From the NCBI GenBank assembly GCA_038230535.1, contig JBBRNB010000019.1:2165-66164 (forward strand): a stretch of 64,000 nucleotides of DNA, read 5' to 3'. The stretch comes from Thermoanaerobaculia bacterium (lineage in GTDB: Bacteria > Acidobacteriota > Thermoanaerobaculia > Gp7-AA8). The position numbers and the translations under genes were made by a program. Below the pieces are notes generated by a model. It ran no database searches. It saw nothing but the letters and a program-made list of their open reading frames with translations, and was not told the DNA's origin. Shown here in pieces: positions 49,053-58,712 of the stretch. Position 1 is the stretch's first letter, and each line of letters begins with the position of its first letter.

Positions 49053-50096
49053 TTACAGCACCGCGCCGATACCGTACGCGATCTCCTCCGCGGTGACGTC
49101 CGAGAACACTTCACAGCTTCCGATCGTTCGCGGGAAGACCATGACACGCTGGCTGCCGGTGTTCTTCTTGTCGTGCTCGGTCGCGGTGAGGATGGCCTCC
49201 CGATCGATGCCGTCGGGAAGCAGCGTGGGATTCCATCGGCGGATGGCGTGTTCGATCCGCGATGCGATCGCGCGGTCGAGCAGGCCGCGGCGCACGGCGA
49301 TGGCGTTCGCGCCGATCATCCCCCACGCCACCGCCTCGCCATGCGTCAGACCGCGATAATCGAGCGCGGCCTCGATACCGTGCGCGATGGTGTGGCCGTA
49401 GTTGAGGAGGCGCCGCAGATCGGCTTCCTTTTCGTCCGCCGAGACGATCTCCGCTTTCACCCGGATGGCCTTGCGTACGATCTCGCCGACATCGAGGTCA
49501 GGAGGCGATTCGAGCAGTTCGAAGAGCGAGGCGTCGCCGATCACGCCTCCCTTCAACGCCTCGAAGAGGCCGCTCAGCAGTTCCCGCCTCGGCAGTGAGT
49601 CGAGCGTATTCAGGTCGGAGATCACCGCGCGCGGCGGAAAGAAACTACCGATGAGATTCTTCCCCTTGGCGTGATTGACCGCGAGCTTACCGCCGAGCGA
49701 ACTGTCGACCTGCGCCAGCAGCGTAGTGGGAATGTGGACGAGGTCGATCCCGCGCAGGAAGATCGACGCCGCGAAGCCGGCCGTGTCGCCCACCATGCCG
49801 CCACCGACGACGACCGCCGTCGAGTCGCGCTTCGCACCGCGCTCGAGGAGCTGCGTCACGACGTAGTTGGCCGTGTCGAGCGTCTTGTGCGCCTCCCCTT
49901 CTTTGATTTCTATGACATCGGCATCGAGCGCCGCAGCGATCTGTTCTCCGAAGCGGTCGCGCAACATGGTCGATGTGATGACGAATGTCCGGCCGCGTCG
50001 AGGAACGAGCGAGGCGACATCGTCGAGGAGATTTCGCCCGACGTAAACGGGATACGTGGCGCTGGCTTGGCGGATGGTGAGAAAGGGCTGCATCAA
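49053..50096 (-). CDS. aroB: 3-dehydroquinate synthase
   Basis: GGGMVGDTAGFAAS NAD-binding glycine-rich motif, conserved His/Lys metal and phosphate ligands. 347 aa. Confidence 0.9.
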   Translation of the reverse strand: MMQPFLTIRQASATYPVYVGRNLLDDVASLVPRRGRTFVITSTMLRDRFGEQIAAALDADVIEIKEGEAHKTLDTANYVVTQLLERGAKRDSTAVVVGGGMVGDTAGFAASIFLRGIDLVHIPTTLLAQVDSSLGGKLAVNHAKGKNLIGSFFPPRAVISDLNTLDSLPRRELLSGLFEALKGGVIGDASLFELLESPPDLDVGEIVRKAIRVKAEIVSADEKEADLRRLLNYGHTIAHGIEAALDYRGLTHGEAVAWGMIGANAIAVRRGLLDRAIASRIEHAIRRWNPTLLPDGIDREAILTATEHDKKNTGSQRVMVFPRTIGSCEVFSDVTAEEIAYGIGAVL

Positions 50097-50228
50097 GGTG
50101 GAGTCTAACGTGCGCGTAGCGCCGGCGGCCTCGCCGGCTGGCCCGCCGCCGGCTCGGCGGCGACTCTCAACAATCGCCAGCGGGCCGCTGGCGGTCCAGC
50201 CGGCGGGCCGCCAGCGCTACGGGGACCC

Positions 50229-51968
50229 TCACTTCAACCTGATCCCCAGGTCATCCAACTGCTTCTCGTCTACCCCCGACGGTGCTTCGCTCATCAGATC
50301 CTGAGCGCGCGCGGTCTTCGGGAAGGCGATGACGTCGCGGAGGGATTCGCCGCGGGCCATCAGCATCACCATCCGGTCAAAGCCGAGGGCGATGCCGCCG
50401 TGGGGCGGGGCACCGAAGCGGAATGCGTCGAGAAGAAAGCCGAAACGATCGCGCGCGTCGTTATCGCTGATGCCGAGGGCTCGGAACATCGTCGTCTGCA
50501 GCTCGGGAGTATTGATCCGGATCGAGCCTCCGCCGACCTCCAGACCGTTCATGACCACGTCGTAAGCGCGAGCCAGCGTGGCGCCGGGATCGCTCTCGAT
50601 CTTGCCGGCGTCTTCCAGCCGTGGCGAGGTGAAGGGATGGTGGCGTGCGAAGAATCGTCCACTCTCCTCGTCCCACTCGAACAACGGGAAGTCGATGACC
50701 CAGAGGAAGTCCCAGCGGTCCGCGGGGATCAGTCCCTGCTCCCTGGCAACACGCAGACGCAGCGATCCGAGAACGTCCCATACGCGCGTGGTCTTGCCGG
50801 CGACGATCAATGCCATGTCGCCTTCATTCGCTTGCAGTGCATCGCGAAGCGAATCGAATCCAGCGTCGTCCAGAAACTTCCTGATCGACGAGCCGCGCTG
50901 GGCGTCGAACTTGATCCAGACCAGGCCGGACGCTCCAAGCTTTTTTGCTTCTTCGGTCAGATCGTCGATGCGTTTGCGCGACAGCGCCGCGCCGCTGGGT
51001 ACGACGATGCCGCGTACCGTCTCCGCCTCGCGGAATGCGGCGAAGTCGATAGTCCTGGCAACGCTTGTGATGTCGATCAGCTCCATCCCGAAACGCGTGT
51101 CCGGGCGATCGATCCCGAAACGGTCCATCGCTTCCTGCCAGCGCATTCGCGGGAACGGCGTCGTGATCGGAATACCCTCGGGTGGGAAGATCTCCGCGAA
51201 CATCCCTTCGATGAGAGTGAAGACGAACTCCTCGTCGATGAACGATGCCTCGATGTCGACCTGCGTGAACTCGGGCTGACGGTCGCGCCGCAGGTCTTCG
51301 TCGCGGAAGCAGCGGGTGATCTGGTAGTAGCGGTCGAAACCGCTGACCATCAACAGTTGTTTGAAGATCTGCGGCGACTGCGGCAGCGCATAGAACGTCC
51401 CCTTGTTCACTCTGCTCGGCACAAGGTAGTCGCGCGCCCCCTCGGGTGTCGACTTTGTGAGCACAGGAGTCTCGATGTCGAGGAATCCGTGCCGGTGCAT
51501 GTAGCTGCGCACGCCGTGCGCTGCGCGATCGCGTAGGATCAGGTTGCGCGTCAACATCGGCCGCCGCAGGTCGAGATAGCGGTACTTGAGCCGCAGATCC
51601 TCAGCGGCATCGACTTCATCGTCGATCGGGAACGGCGGCGTCTCGGAACGGCTCAGCAGCTCGATGCTGGCCGCGACCAGCTCGACCTCACCGGTCGGCA
51701 TCTTGGGATTCTTCGTCTGCCCGGAGCGCTCCCTGATCTCTCCGTGGATACGAACGACGTATTCGGAGCGAAGCTCTTTCGCGCTGACGAGGAGCGCATC
51801 GCTCGCTCCCTCCGATCGATCGACCACAACCTGAACGATTCCGCTCCGGTCGCGTACATCGATGAAGACGAGCTCTCCGAAGTCGCGATGCTTCTGCACC
51901 CAGCCCGCGATGGTTGTGGTTTGTCCCGCGTGAGACTTGTCGAGTGTTCCTGCGTAGATTCGAGTCAT
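50229..51968 (-). CDS. aspS: Aspartate--tRNA ligase
   Basis: N-terminal OB fold, class II motifs 1-3, GAD insertion domain. ~580 aa from MTRIYAG; the track starts at an upstream ATG (52028). Confidence 0.93.
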   Translation of the reverse strand: MTRIYAGTLDKSHAGQTTTIAGWVQKHRDFGELVFIDVRDRSGIVQVVVDRSEGASDALLVSAKELRSEYVVRIHGEIRERSGQTKNPKMPTGEVELVAASIELLSRSETPPFPIDDEVDAAEDLRLKYRYLDLRRPMLTRNLILRDRAAHGVRSYMHRHGFLDIETPVLTKSTPEGARDYLVPSRVNKGTFYALPQSPQIFKQLLMVSGFDRYYQITRCFRDEDLRRDRQPEFTQVDIEASFIDEEFVFTLIEGMFAEIFPPEGIPITTPFPRMRWQEAMDRFGIDRPDTRFGMELIDITSVARTIDFAAFREAETVRGIVVPSGAALSRKRIDDLTEEAKKLGASGLVWIKFDAQRGSSIRKFLDDAGFDSLRDALQANEGDMALIVAGKTTRVWDVLGSLRLRVAREQGLIPADRWDFLWVIDFPLFEWDEESGRFFARHHPFTSPRLEDAGKIESDPGATLARAYDVVMNGLEVGGGSIRINTPELQTTMFRALGISDNDARDRFGFLLDAFRFGAPPHGGIALGFDRMVMLMARGESLRDVIAFPKTARAQDLMSEAPSGVDEKQLDDLGIRLK

Positions 51969-52002
51969 GGTTGGTGGTTGCTCTCCGTCAGTACGCAAAC
52001 AG

Positions 52003-52110
52003 CAGATCAGTGATCGGTAGATCGGCAATCAGGACAAGCCGCATATTCCTGATCCACTGATCTACTAATCCACTGATCTACTGATCACCGATCTTCTGAT
52101 CACCGATCAA
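52003..52110. repeat. GATC-rich inverted-array intergenic element (compact copy) with a short loop containing AAGCCGCATATTCCTG
   Basis: CAGATCAGTGATCGGTAGATCGG ... CCTGATCCACTGATCTACTAATCCACTGATCTACTGATCACCGATC. Confidence 0.75.
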
Positions 52111-52611
52111 ATACCTTTCCTTATATTCGAGATAGCTCCGCCACGACTGCTCCAGCCGCACGATCTCGTCGATGCGAAGTTCGCGCTTGACGCGGGCGGG
52201 AACGCCGACGGCAAGCGTACGCGGCGGGATTTCCATCCCCTCCCCCACCAGCGCACCGGCACCGACCAGAGCTAGCTCGCCGACGCGCGCGCCGTCGAGT
52301 ACGCGTGATCCCATCCCGATCAGCGCGCCTCGCCCGATCGTGCATCCGTGCACGATGGCCCCATGCCCGATCGTGACCTCCTCGGCGATGTCGATCGGAA
52401 ACGTCCCGTTCGTGACATGGAGGACGCAGTTGTCCTGGATGTTCGTCCGCGCACCGATGCGGATCGAGTGCACGTCCCCGCGCAGCACCGCGCCGTACCA
52501 GATCGAGCAGTCATCGCCGAGCGCGACGTCGCCAACGAGCGTGGCATTCTCGGCGATGAAAACACGCTGTCCGAGGCGCGGCGACTTGCCATCGTAGGAT
52601 CGGAGAATCAT
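52078..52611 (-). CDS. Gamma-class carbonic anhydrase family / hexapeptide-repeat (LbH) protein (PaaY/CaiE-like)
   Basis: ~177 aa left-handed beta-helix with hexapeptide repeats and conserved His ligands (NCVLHV...IGHGAIVHGC). The track lists a 503-aa read-through ORF. Confidence 0.8.
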   Translation of the reverse strand: MILRSYDGKSPRLGQRVFIAENATLVGDVALGDDCSIWYGAVLRGDVHSIRIGARTNIQDNCVLHVTNGTFPIDIAEEVTIGHGAIVHGCTIGRGALIGMGSRVLDGARVGELALVGAGALVGEGMEIPPRTLAVGVPARVKRELRIDEIVRLEQSWRSYLEYKERYLIGDQKIGDQ

Positions 52612-52637
52612 GTTGGAGACTGTATCAGGTGGTTCGG

Positions 52638-52716
52638 GTGTGGGGAGTGGGTTGTAGAGGGTGCGCTTAACCCTGACGTAACTCCCACACCCCACACCCC
52701 ACCCCCCACTCCCCCC
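52638..52716. repeat. G-tract/C-tract inverted element, second copy (GTGTGGGGAGTGGG ... CCCACACCCCACACCCCACCCCCCACTCCCCCC); strong G4 motif on the minus strand
   Basis: Direct reading in the divergent intergenic region between the gamma-CA and DUF1211 genes. Confidence 0.7.
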
Positions 52717-52731
52717 AGCTACAATCTCCCC

Positions 52732-53421
52732 ATGCCCGAGTCCATCCCGTTTCGTAACCGCTCGCACGAAGTCTCTCGCATCGAGGCGTTCAGCGACGTC
52801 ATCTTCGGCTTCGCCATCTCGCTGCTCGTCGTGTCGCTGGAGGCTCCGAAGACGTATGCGCAGATGATGGAGATGCTGCACGGCTTCCTGCCGTTCGCCA
52901 TCTGCTTCTGGCTCTTCATCGACATCTGGTTCGAGCATCACCACTTCTACAAGCGCTACGCCTTGCATGACTCGATGACGATGGCGCTGAACACGTTCCT
53001 GCTCTTCGTCATCCTGTTTTACGTCTATCCGCTGAAGTACATGTTCACGCTGTTCACGCAAGGCATCCTCGGGCATCCGGCCGAGATGCCGGCCGGCGGC
53101 GCGGCATTCCTCTACACGATCTACGGAATCGGCGTGACATCCGTCTTCTGGCTTCTCGCGGCGATGTACGGTCACGCGTGGCAGTGCCGCGCGCACCTTC
53201 AGCTCAATGGGGTCGAAGAGATCGACACGCTGGAACGGGTCTACAACAACTTCTTCATGGGCCTCTTCGGAGTGATCTCCATCGTGCTCGCGCGGACGCC
53301 GTTGTTTCGATTCGCGGGGATGGTCTACTTCCTGCTCTGCATTCCGAAGACACTCGTGCCGTGGATGATGGGGATCAAACGGCGTAAACGCGAACAAGTG
53401 ATGCTGGCGGAAAAGGCATAG
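52732..53421 (+). CDS. DUF1211/TMEM175-like membrane protein (putative K+ channel family)
   Basis: RIEAFSDVIFGFAISLLV has the RxxxFSD signature, with 6 TM helices. The ATG at 52732 lies inside the listed ORF 52348..53421. Confidence 0.7.
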   Translation: MPESIPFRNRSHEVSRIEAFSDVIFGFAISLLVVSLEAPKTYAQMMEMLHGFLPFAICFWLFIDIWFEHHHFYKRYALHDSMTMALNTFLLFVILFYVYPLKYMFTLFTQGILGHPAEMPAGGAAFLYTIYGIGVTSVFWLLAAMYGHAWQCRAHLQLNGVEEIDTLERVYNNFFMGLFGVISIVLARTPLFRFAGMVYFLLCIPKTLVPWMMGIKRRKREQVMLAEKA

Positions 53422-53425
53422 GAAA

Positions 53426-53497
53426 GTGTAGGGCCGCCCCCTCGGCGGCCTTGCCCTGATTCGCAAGATGATGGCCGCCGGGGCGGCGGCCCTACAC
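53426..53497. repeat. REP-like palindromic doublet between convergent DUF1211 and MFS genes
   Basis: GTGTAGGGCCGCCCCCTCGGCGGCC ... GGCCGCCGGGGCGGCGGCCCTACAC. Confidence 0.8.
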
Positions 53498-54706
53498 TCA
53501 CGACTTCCACAGCCTCCACGTCCACGCGCCCCAGACGAGCGACCAGAGCACGCAGACCGAGGCAACGCCGGCGGTGGCAGCCATCGCACCGAAGCGGTCG
53601 GCGGCGATGCCGGCGACGAGGCTGGAAATACTCATCGTCAGCGTGACGAAGCCGTAGTCGGCGCCGAAGACGCGGCCTCGGATCCAGTCAGGCGTTTCGC
53701 GCTGAAGACCGTACGTCGATGTCTGCCACTGCGCGCCCCCGCCGAGGTGCGCGGCGAAGACGGCGAATGAGCCAACCAGCAGAGTGCGTGAGAGGCCGAG
53801 CGCCATGTATCCCGCTCCGAAGAGGAAGACGGACGCGGCGATGAGGCGGTATTGGAGATCGCCCTTCCGCCCGGCCATGGCACGAATCAGGAACGGGCCG
53901 AGCAGCGCGCCCACTCCGCGCGCGGCAAAGAGAAGTCCGATGCCGAAAGCGCCTGCGCGAAAGACTTCCCTGCCGAAGACGCCGAGCATGGCCACCACGC
54001 CGGCACCGAGTCCGTAGCCGCCTTTCGACGTCAGCAGCGCCAGGACGCGCGGATGGGCGCGGGCGTAGCGCAGCGTCTCTCGCGTCGACTCGATGAGCGC
54101 CGGGCGTTCGTGATGAGCAGCCCGCTCCTCGGCGAATTGTGCGCGCATCCGCCAGAGAATCCCTGCCGAGGCCACGAAGCTCAGCGCATCGACAACAAAG
54201 GAGACATCGCGGCCGAAGCGCATCGTTACCAGGCCGCCCAGCGCAGCACCGACGGCGAGCATCGTCCCCCACGTCGATCCCATCAGCACATTCGCCGCGG
54301 AGAGCTCGCTCCCATCGACCAGATTCGGCAGCGCTGACTGCGACGCCGGCTCGAAGTACGCCGAGCCAACGGAGATGAGAATCACGCCTGCGTATGCGAA
54401 CGGCAGCATCGCCGGCGTGCGTGCCAGCAACGGCAGCAGGCACGCGCCGGCGCGGATCAGGTCGACCACGATCATCAGCTTGCGGCGGTCGGCGTGATCG
54501 ACGGTGTGTCCAGCGACCGGCGTCACCAGAAATATCGGAAGCGACTGGCAGAGCAACATCAGCGAGGCCAGCGTGGCCGAGCCGGTGAGCTGGAGCACGA
54601 GATCGAGCAGAGCGACGGTGAGAAACCAGTCCCCCCCGAGGGAGATCAGCGAGCCCAAGTACAGCAGCCGGAAATCGCGGTTGTTGCGGAGGAGCCGCCA
54701 GTACAT
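53498..54706 (-). CDS. MFS transporter
   Basis: 12 predicted TM helices and a GRxxDRxGRR-like loop (DHADRRKLM). 402 aa. Confidence 0.8.
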   Translation of the reverse strand: MYWRLLRNNRDFRLLYLGSLISLGGDWFLTVALLDLVLQLTGSATLASLMLLCQSLPIFLVTPVAGHTVDHADRRKLMIVVDLIRAGACLLPLLARTPAMLPFAYAGVILISVGSAYFEPASQSALPNLVDGSELSAANVLMGSTWGTMLAVGAALGGLVTMRFGRDVSFVVDALSFVASAGILWRMRAQFAEERAAHHERPALIESTRETLRYARAHPRVLALLTSKGGYGLGAGVVAMLGVFGREVFRAGAFGIGLLFAARGVGALLGPFLIRAMAGRKGDLQYRLIAASVFLFGAGYMALGLSRTLLVGSFAVFAAHLGGGAQWQTSTYGLQRETPDWIRGRVFGADYGFVTLTMSISSLVAGIAADRFGAMAATAGVASVCVLWSLVWGAWTWRLWKS

Positions 54707-54906
54707 GCGCCGCGCATCGTACCGCTGAGATCCTTGGTAGCGTCCGGAGGCCTGCGTCAGTCTCGAACGTGGACGAGTGTCGCTGTTTCAAATGCGCGAG
54801 AGCGCACGGTTTGCGCGCGAAGGAGGGTAGGTCCCGATTTTGCCCGGCTCGGATGGGTGCGGGAGAACTGCCGCCGTGTCCCTCCAACCCTAGAAGGAGA
54901 AAGCCC

Positions 54907-55155
54907 ATGGCGAAATGCAAGCCGTACCACTCCGATTCTGATGAATCTGGGCAGAACCGCGAAGTGCATCACGATCACGACGACTGCTACGAGGGCAAGA
55001 AAATCGAAGCGAAGCACCTGGAAGAGTGGCACTGGAGACAAGCCGCGCTGCAAAGAGTGCATCCGGCTCGGTTAGCAGACGCGTTCACGGAACGTGATCT
55101 CCCAATGGGGTCCGGTTGGTTCGTTCCCGTCCAGGACATTCCAGACGCGGCGTAA
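54907..55155 (+). CDS. Small hypothetical protein (82 aa), His/Asp/Cys-rich N-terminus
   Basis: Strong RBS (GAAGGAGAA) 6 nt before the ATG. MAKCKPYHSDSDESGQNREVHHDHDDCYEG... Moderate GC3. Confidence 0.4.
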   Translation: MAKCKPYHSDSDESGQNREVHHDHDDCYEGKKIEAKHLEEWHWRQAALQRVHPARLADAFTERDLPMGSGWFVPVQDIPDAA

Positions 55156-55467
55156 CTGATCTACTGGCAAGCCGCATCCTGGACATACCGAAAGAGCGCA
55201 AGAGAACGGGTTGGCCCTTCAAGGTGTACAATCACATCCGTCATTCCATCTACAGGACGAAACGGTGAAGTGCCTTCTAGCGAGGCGGCAGAGGAGGGTT
55301 CTCGTGATGCGCTCGGGTCGCTTGGTACACCCTCCTGGCGGTTGCGTGCGAGGTTGGCCGCTGAGTTCTAAGCTCGTGATTATCCGGTCCTCCTCATTGA
55401 CGGCGGCTTCCGGCCCATTGAGCAGGCAACGCGCCGTCCGCTCAATCTCGAGGAGCCAGAGCGGGCC

Positions 55468-56037
55468 ATGCTGATTCCGATGGAGAGAGGTTTCGATCCC
55501 GCATCAAAGGCACTCTCGTCGTTCGTCGCTTTGGACTTCGAGACGGCGAACCGGGATTTCGGCTCTGCGTGTGCTATTGCGGCGGTCCAGGTATTGTCCC
55601 GAGAAGTCGTGCGAAGGCTCAAATTCGTACTGAACCCTGGGCCCGTTACGTTCGAATTTGCGGAAATTCATGGCATCACGCGGGAGCTGGCATCCGCTGG
55701 TGTGACGTTTGACCTCGCGTGGCGCGAGATCGAGCCACTGATTCGCGAAACAGGGTTCATTGTCGTAGCACACAACGCGAAGTTCGACAGGAGGGTCCTT
55801 CAAGCAACGGCACGCCGCCACACGGTACGCCTGCCAAAGGTGCGATTCATCTGCTCGCGGAATCTTGCAGAAGCAGTCTGGGGTCTGCGCCCAAACGATC
55901 TTGCGACGGTTGCTGCGTATCTCGGCATCCCGCTGGTTCATCACGATCCTCTCTCCGACGCCGAGGCTGCCGCGCGAATCGTACTTGCCGCGGAAGACGA
56001 AAAGCTCGCTCGGCTTGCGAAGGAGGTACAAGCGTGA
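55468..56037 (+). CDS. DnaQ-like DEDDh 3'-5' exonuclease (stand-alone), first gene of the cas operon
   Basis: Exo I ALDFETAN, Exo II VAHNAKFD, Exo III HHDPLSDAEAAARI. The TGA stop overlaps the GTG start of cas3. Confidence 0.75.
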   Translation: MLIPMERGFDPASKALSSFVALDFETANRDFGSACAIAAVQVLSREVVRRLKFVLNPGPVTFEFAEIHGITRELASAGVTFDLAWREIEPLIRETGFIVVAHNAKFDRRVLQATARRHTVRLPKVRFICSRNLAEAVWGLRPNDLATVAAYLGIPLVHHDPLSDAEAAARIVLAAEDEKLARLAKEVQA

Positions 56038-58712
56038 AGAACGCGCCTCAGTACTACCGTTACTGGGGAAAGGCACAGGGCGATTCTCCGGAGTCGTGGC
56101 ATCCACTCGTCTACCACATGCTGGAGGTTGGTGCCGTTTGTGAGATTTTCCTCGAACACGACAGAACGATCGTCAGGTCGGTCACACGGTCGAGTGGTCT
56201 CACGGAGAGCAGCGTCCGGAGCTTTCTTCCATTTCTCGCCGCCGTTCACGATCTGGGAAAGTTCGCCGGGAGCTTTCAGGATCTGAAACCGGAGATCGTC
56301 TCGAAGCTCCATGGCTCGCGTAGCGTCTCTCCGTACACAGTGAGGCACGATCGGCTGGGCTACGTTTTCTGGAGTGACGTTCTCAGTCGCCGAAGTTGGG
56401 ACAGCGGCTGGCCACTCGCGGCTGTCGATGACAGGGACGACTGGGACTTCGCCGTGTATCGTGACGCGATGGATCCATGGCTTCGTGCAGCAACTGGACA
56501 TCATGGACAGCCGCCTGGGATCAGTGCCCTAAAACCTGCGTCACAGTCGTTCTCGGCGACGGCATGCAACGACGCGATACAATTCGTTCGTGACCTGATG
56601 AACATTCTCCGGCCGCAACCGTTACTCTTTCGCGACGCGTACTCAGCGGAGTCTGCGCTGAACACTTCGGCCTGGTCAGTAGCGGGCCTTACAGTGCTCT
56701 GTGACTGGATCGGCTCAAATCAGAAGTGGTTTGAGTATTGCGCTGACGTCGTCCCGCTTGAGGAGTACTGGACGCGATCCCTCGGTAAGGCCCGGGATGC
56801 TGTGAGACAGACGGGCATTCTGCCGAGTCGCGTATCATCGAATCTGGGTATGGGTGCGCTTTTCCCGTCCTTTGAGCCCAGCCCTCTTCAGACATGCGTT
56901 GAAACGGTATTTCTCGGTGACGGACCCCAGCTTCTGATCGCGGAAGAGATCACAGGGAGTGGCAAGACCGAAGCCGCGCTCATTCTCGCGCACCGAATGA
57001 TCGATGCCGGACTCGCTGACGGGATCTACATCGCTCTACCGACGATGGCAACAGCCAACGCCATGCACGGCCGGCTTGACTCGAAGTACAAGCTTCTATT
57101 CGATGATGGCGAGCCTGCATCGCTTGTGTTGACTCACAGCGCTCGCCATCTCGACGATGCAGCATCGGACCACTGCACTGTGTGGCTGGCCGACCATAGG
57201 AAAAAGGCTCTGCTCTCGCAAGTCGGAGCCGGGACGGTCGACCAGGCCCTGCTCGGCGTTCTTCCTTCGAAACACAATGTGCTTCGCCTGCTAGGACTCC
57301 AGCGCAACGTTCTCATTGTCGATGAGGTCCATGCATATGACTCATACGTGAGCCGGATACTCGAGCGGCTGCTCGAGTTCCACGCGGCTCTCGGCGGCAG
57401 TGCGATTCTGCTGAGCGCTACGCTGCCGAAGCCGGTGCGTCAGCGATGTGTCAATGCATTCTCAAAGGGCCTTGGGCGCAAGCCTCCGCAACTCGGTCAG
57501 GATGCCTATCCTCTTCTGACACAGGTTGGCGGTGATGGCTTGTCGGAGATCCCACTCGAAACGCGCAGCGGCTCACGGCGGCAGGTGAAGGTGGAGTTTC
57601 TGGAATCCTATGATGCTGCTGTAGAGGCGATCGTGAATGCCGTGATGCGGGGACGCTCCGCCTGTTGGATTCGCAACAGCGTGGTCGATGCGATCGAGGC
57701 CTACGAAACGATCGCGAACCGGCTCGGCGGGCACATCGTCACGCTATTCCATGCGCGCTTCATGATGGGAGATCGCCTGGCGGCTGAACGGGACGTCGTG
57801 AACCGGTTTGGTCCATCAAGCGGGCACGCGGAGCGCGGCGGAAGAGCCGTGATCGCGACGCAGGTGATCGAACAGTCGCTTGATCTCGACTTTGACGTGA
57901 TGGTGTCGGATCTGGCACCGATCGATCTGCTGATTCAGCGTGCGGGACGGCTCCAACGCCACACCCGCACCGAAGAAGGAGACAGGACGGCGGGAGTCGA
58001 ACAGCGGTCTGCTCCGGTTCTGCAGATTCTCGCTCCGCGCTGGAGCGAAGAGCCGGAGCCGGAATGGCTTACCGCACTGCTGCCCAGAACCGCGCGCGTC
58101 TACGGGCACGTTGGTCAGCTCTGGCTTTCAATGCGAATTCTCCTCGACCGCGGCTGCATCGCGCTCCCGGATGACGCGCGTCTACTCATCGAATCCGTTT
58201 TCGGAGACGATGCCTGGGACCGAGTCCCTGAAGGTCTTGGTAACGCTTCCCGCAAGTTCGAAGGAGAGCAGAGCGCGAAAGCCTCACTTGCGGGATTCAA
58301 CGCGCTCGTGCTCCGCGATGGATACAAGAGCACGCCCGCTCATTGGATTGAGGATACAGTGACTCCCACACGCCTGAGCGAGCCGACGACGACGGTGCGC
58401 CTGGCGCGGCGTAGCAATGGAACCCTCGCTCCGCTGTTCGATCACGCAAAATATCCGTGGGACATGAGCCAAGTCTCTGTCAGGCGCGCACTGGTCGCCA
58501 ATCGGTCAGCCAGCTCACCGGAAGAAGAACGAATGGTTAAGGATGCCGAGGAGTTGATGCGCGACAAAGGCAAGTGGAGTTTGACTCTGGTCGTCGAGCC
58601 GGCAGTCCCAAGCGGGTGGCGTGGACGGGCTCTCGACGCGGGCGGTAACCCTGTCGAGACCCGATATGACCAACGTCTCGGTCTTCTCATCCGAAAGGAA
58701 GTAGATCAATGA
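56034..58712 (+). CDS. cas3: CRISPR-associated helicase/nuclease Cas3 (type I-E; HD nuclease + SF2 helicase)
   Basis: N-terminal YYRYWGK (E. coli Cas3-like), HD motif HDLGKF, Walker A GSGKTEAAL, DEVHAYD box. ~892 aa from the GTG at 56034 with an AAGGAGG RBS. The listed 997-aa ORF includes an out-of-context N-terminal extension. Confidence 0.9.
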   Translation: MKNAPQYYRYWGKAQGDSPESWHPLVYHMLEVGAVCEIFLEHDRTIVRSVTRSSGLTESSVRSFLPFLAAVHDLGKFAGSFQDLKPEIVSKLHGSRSVSPYTVRHDRLGYVFWSDVLSRRSWDSGWPLAAVDDRDDWDFAVYRDAMDPWLRAATGHHGQPPGISALKPASQSFSATACNDAIQFVRDLMNILRPQPLLFRDAYSAESALNTSAWSVAGLTVLCDWIGSNQKWFEYCADVVPLEEYWTRSLGKARDAVRQTGILPSRVSSNLGMGALFPSFEPSPLQTCVETVFLGDGPQLLIAEEITGSGKTEAALILAHRMIDAGLADGIYIALPTMATANAMHGRLDSKYKLLFDDGEPASLVLTHSARHLDDAASDHCTVWLADHRKKALLSQVGAGTVDQALLGVLPSKHNVLRLLGLQRNVLIVDEVHAYDSYVSRILERLLEFHAALGGSAILLSATLPKPVRQRCVNAFSKGLGRKPPQLGQDAYPLLTQVGGDGLSEIPLETRSGSRRQVKVEFLESYDAAVEAIVNAVMRGRSACWIRNSVVDAIEAYETIANRLGGHIVTLFHARFMMGDRLAAERDVVNRFGPSSGHAERGGRAVIATQVIEQSLDLDFDVMVSDLAPIDLLIQRAGRLQRHTRTEEGDRTAGVEQRSAPVLQILAPRWSEEPEPEWLTALLPRTARVYGHVGQLWLSMRILLDRGCIALPDDARLLIESVFGDDAWDRVPEGLGNASRKFEGEQSAKASLAGFNALVLRDGYKSTPAHWIEDTVTPTRLSEPTTTVRLARRSNGTLAPLFDHAKYPWDMSQVSVRRALVANRSASSPEEERMVKDAEELMRDKGKWSLTLVVEPAVPSGWRGRALDAGGNPVETRYDQRLGLLIRKEVDQ

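Noticed and set aside
50400-51536. 378-aa + ORF
   Set aside because: Antisense to aspS.
53688-54920. 410-aa minus ORF
   Set aside because: Alternative frame of the MFS transporter gene. The Arg-rich product is typical of GC-rich out-of-frame translation.
55160-55467. Putative sigma70 promoter (TTGGCC / TACAAT) upstream of the cas operon
   Set aside because: The spacing between the candidate -35 and -10 is too short, so there is no convincing consensus. I did not call it as a feature.
55719-56033. N-terminal 105 codons of the listed 997-aa cas3 ORF
   Set aside because: It overlaps the DnaQ-like gene in another frame. The Cas3 homology begins at the GTG at 56034, which has its own RBS.
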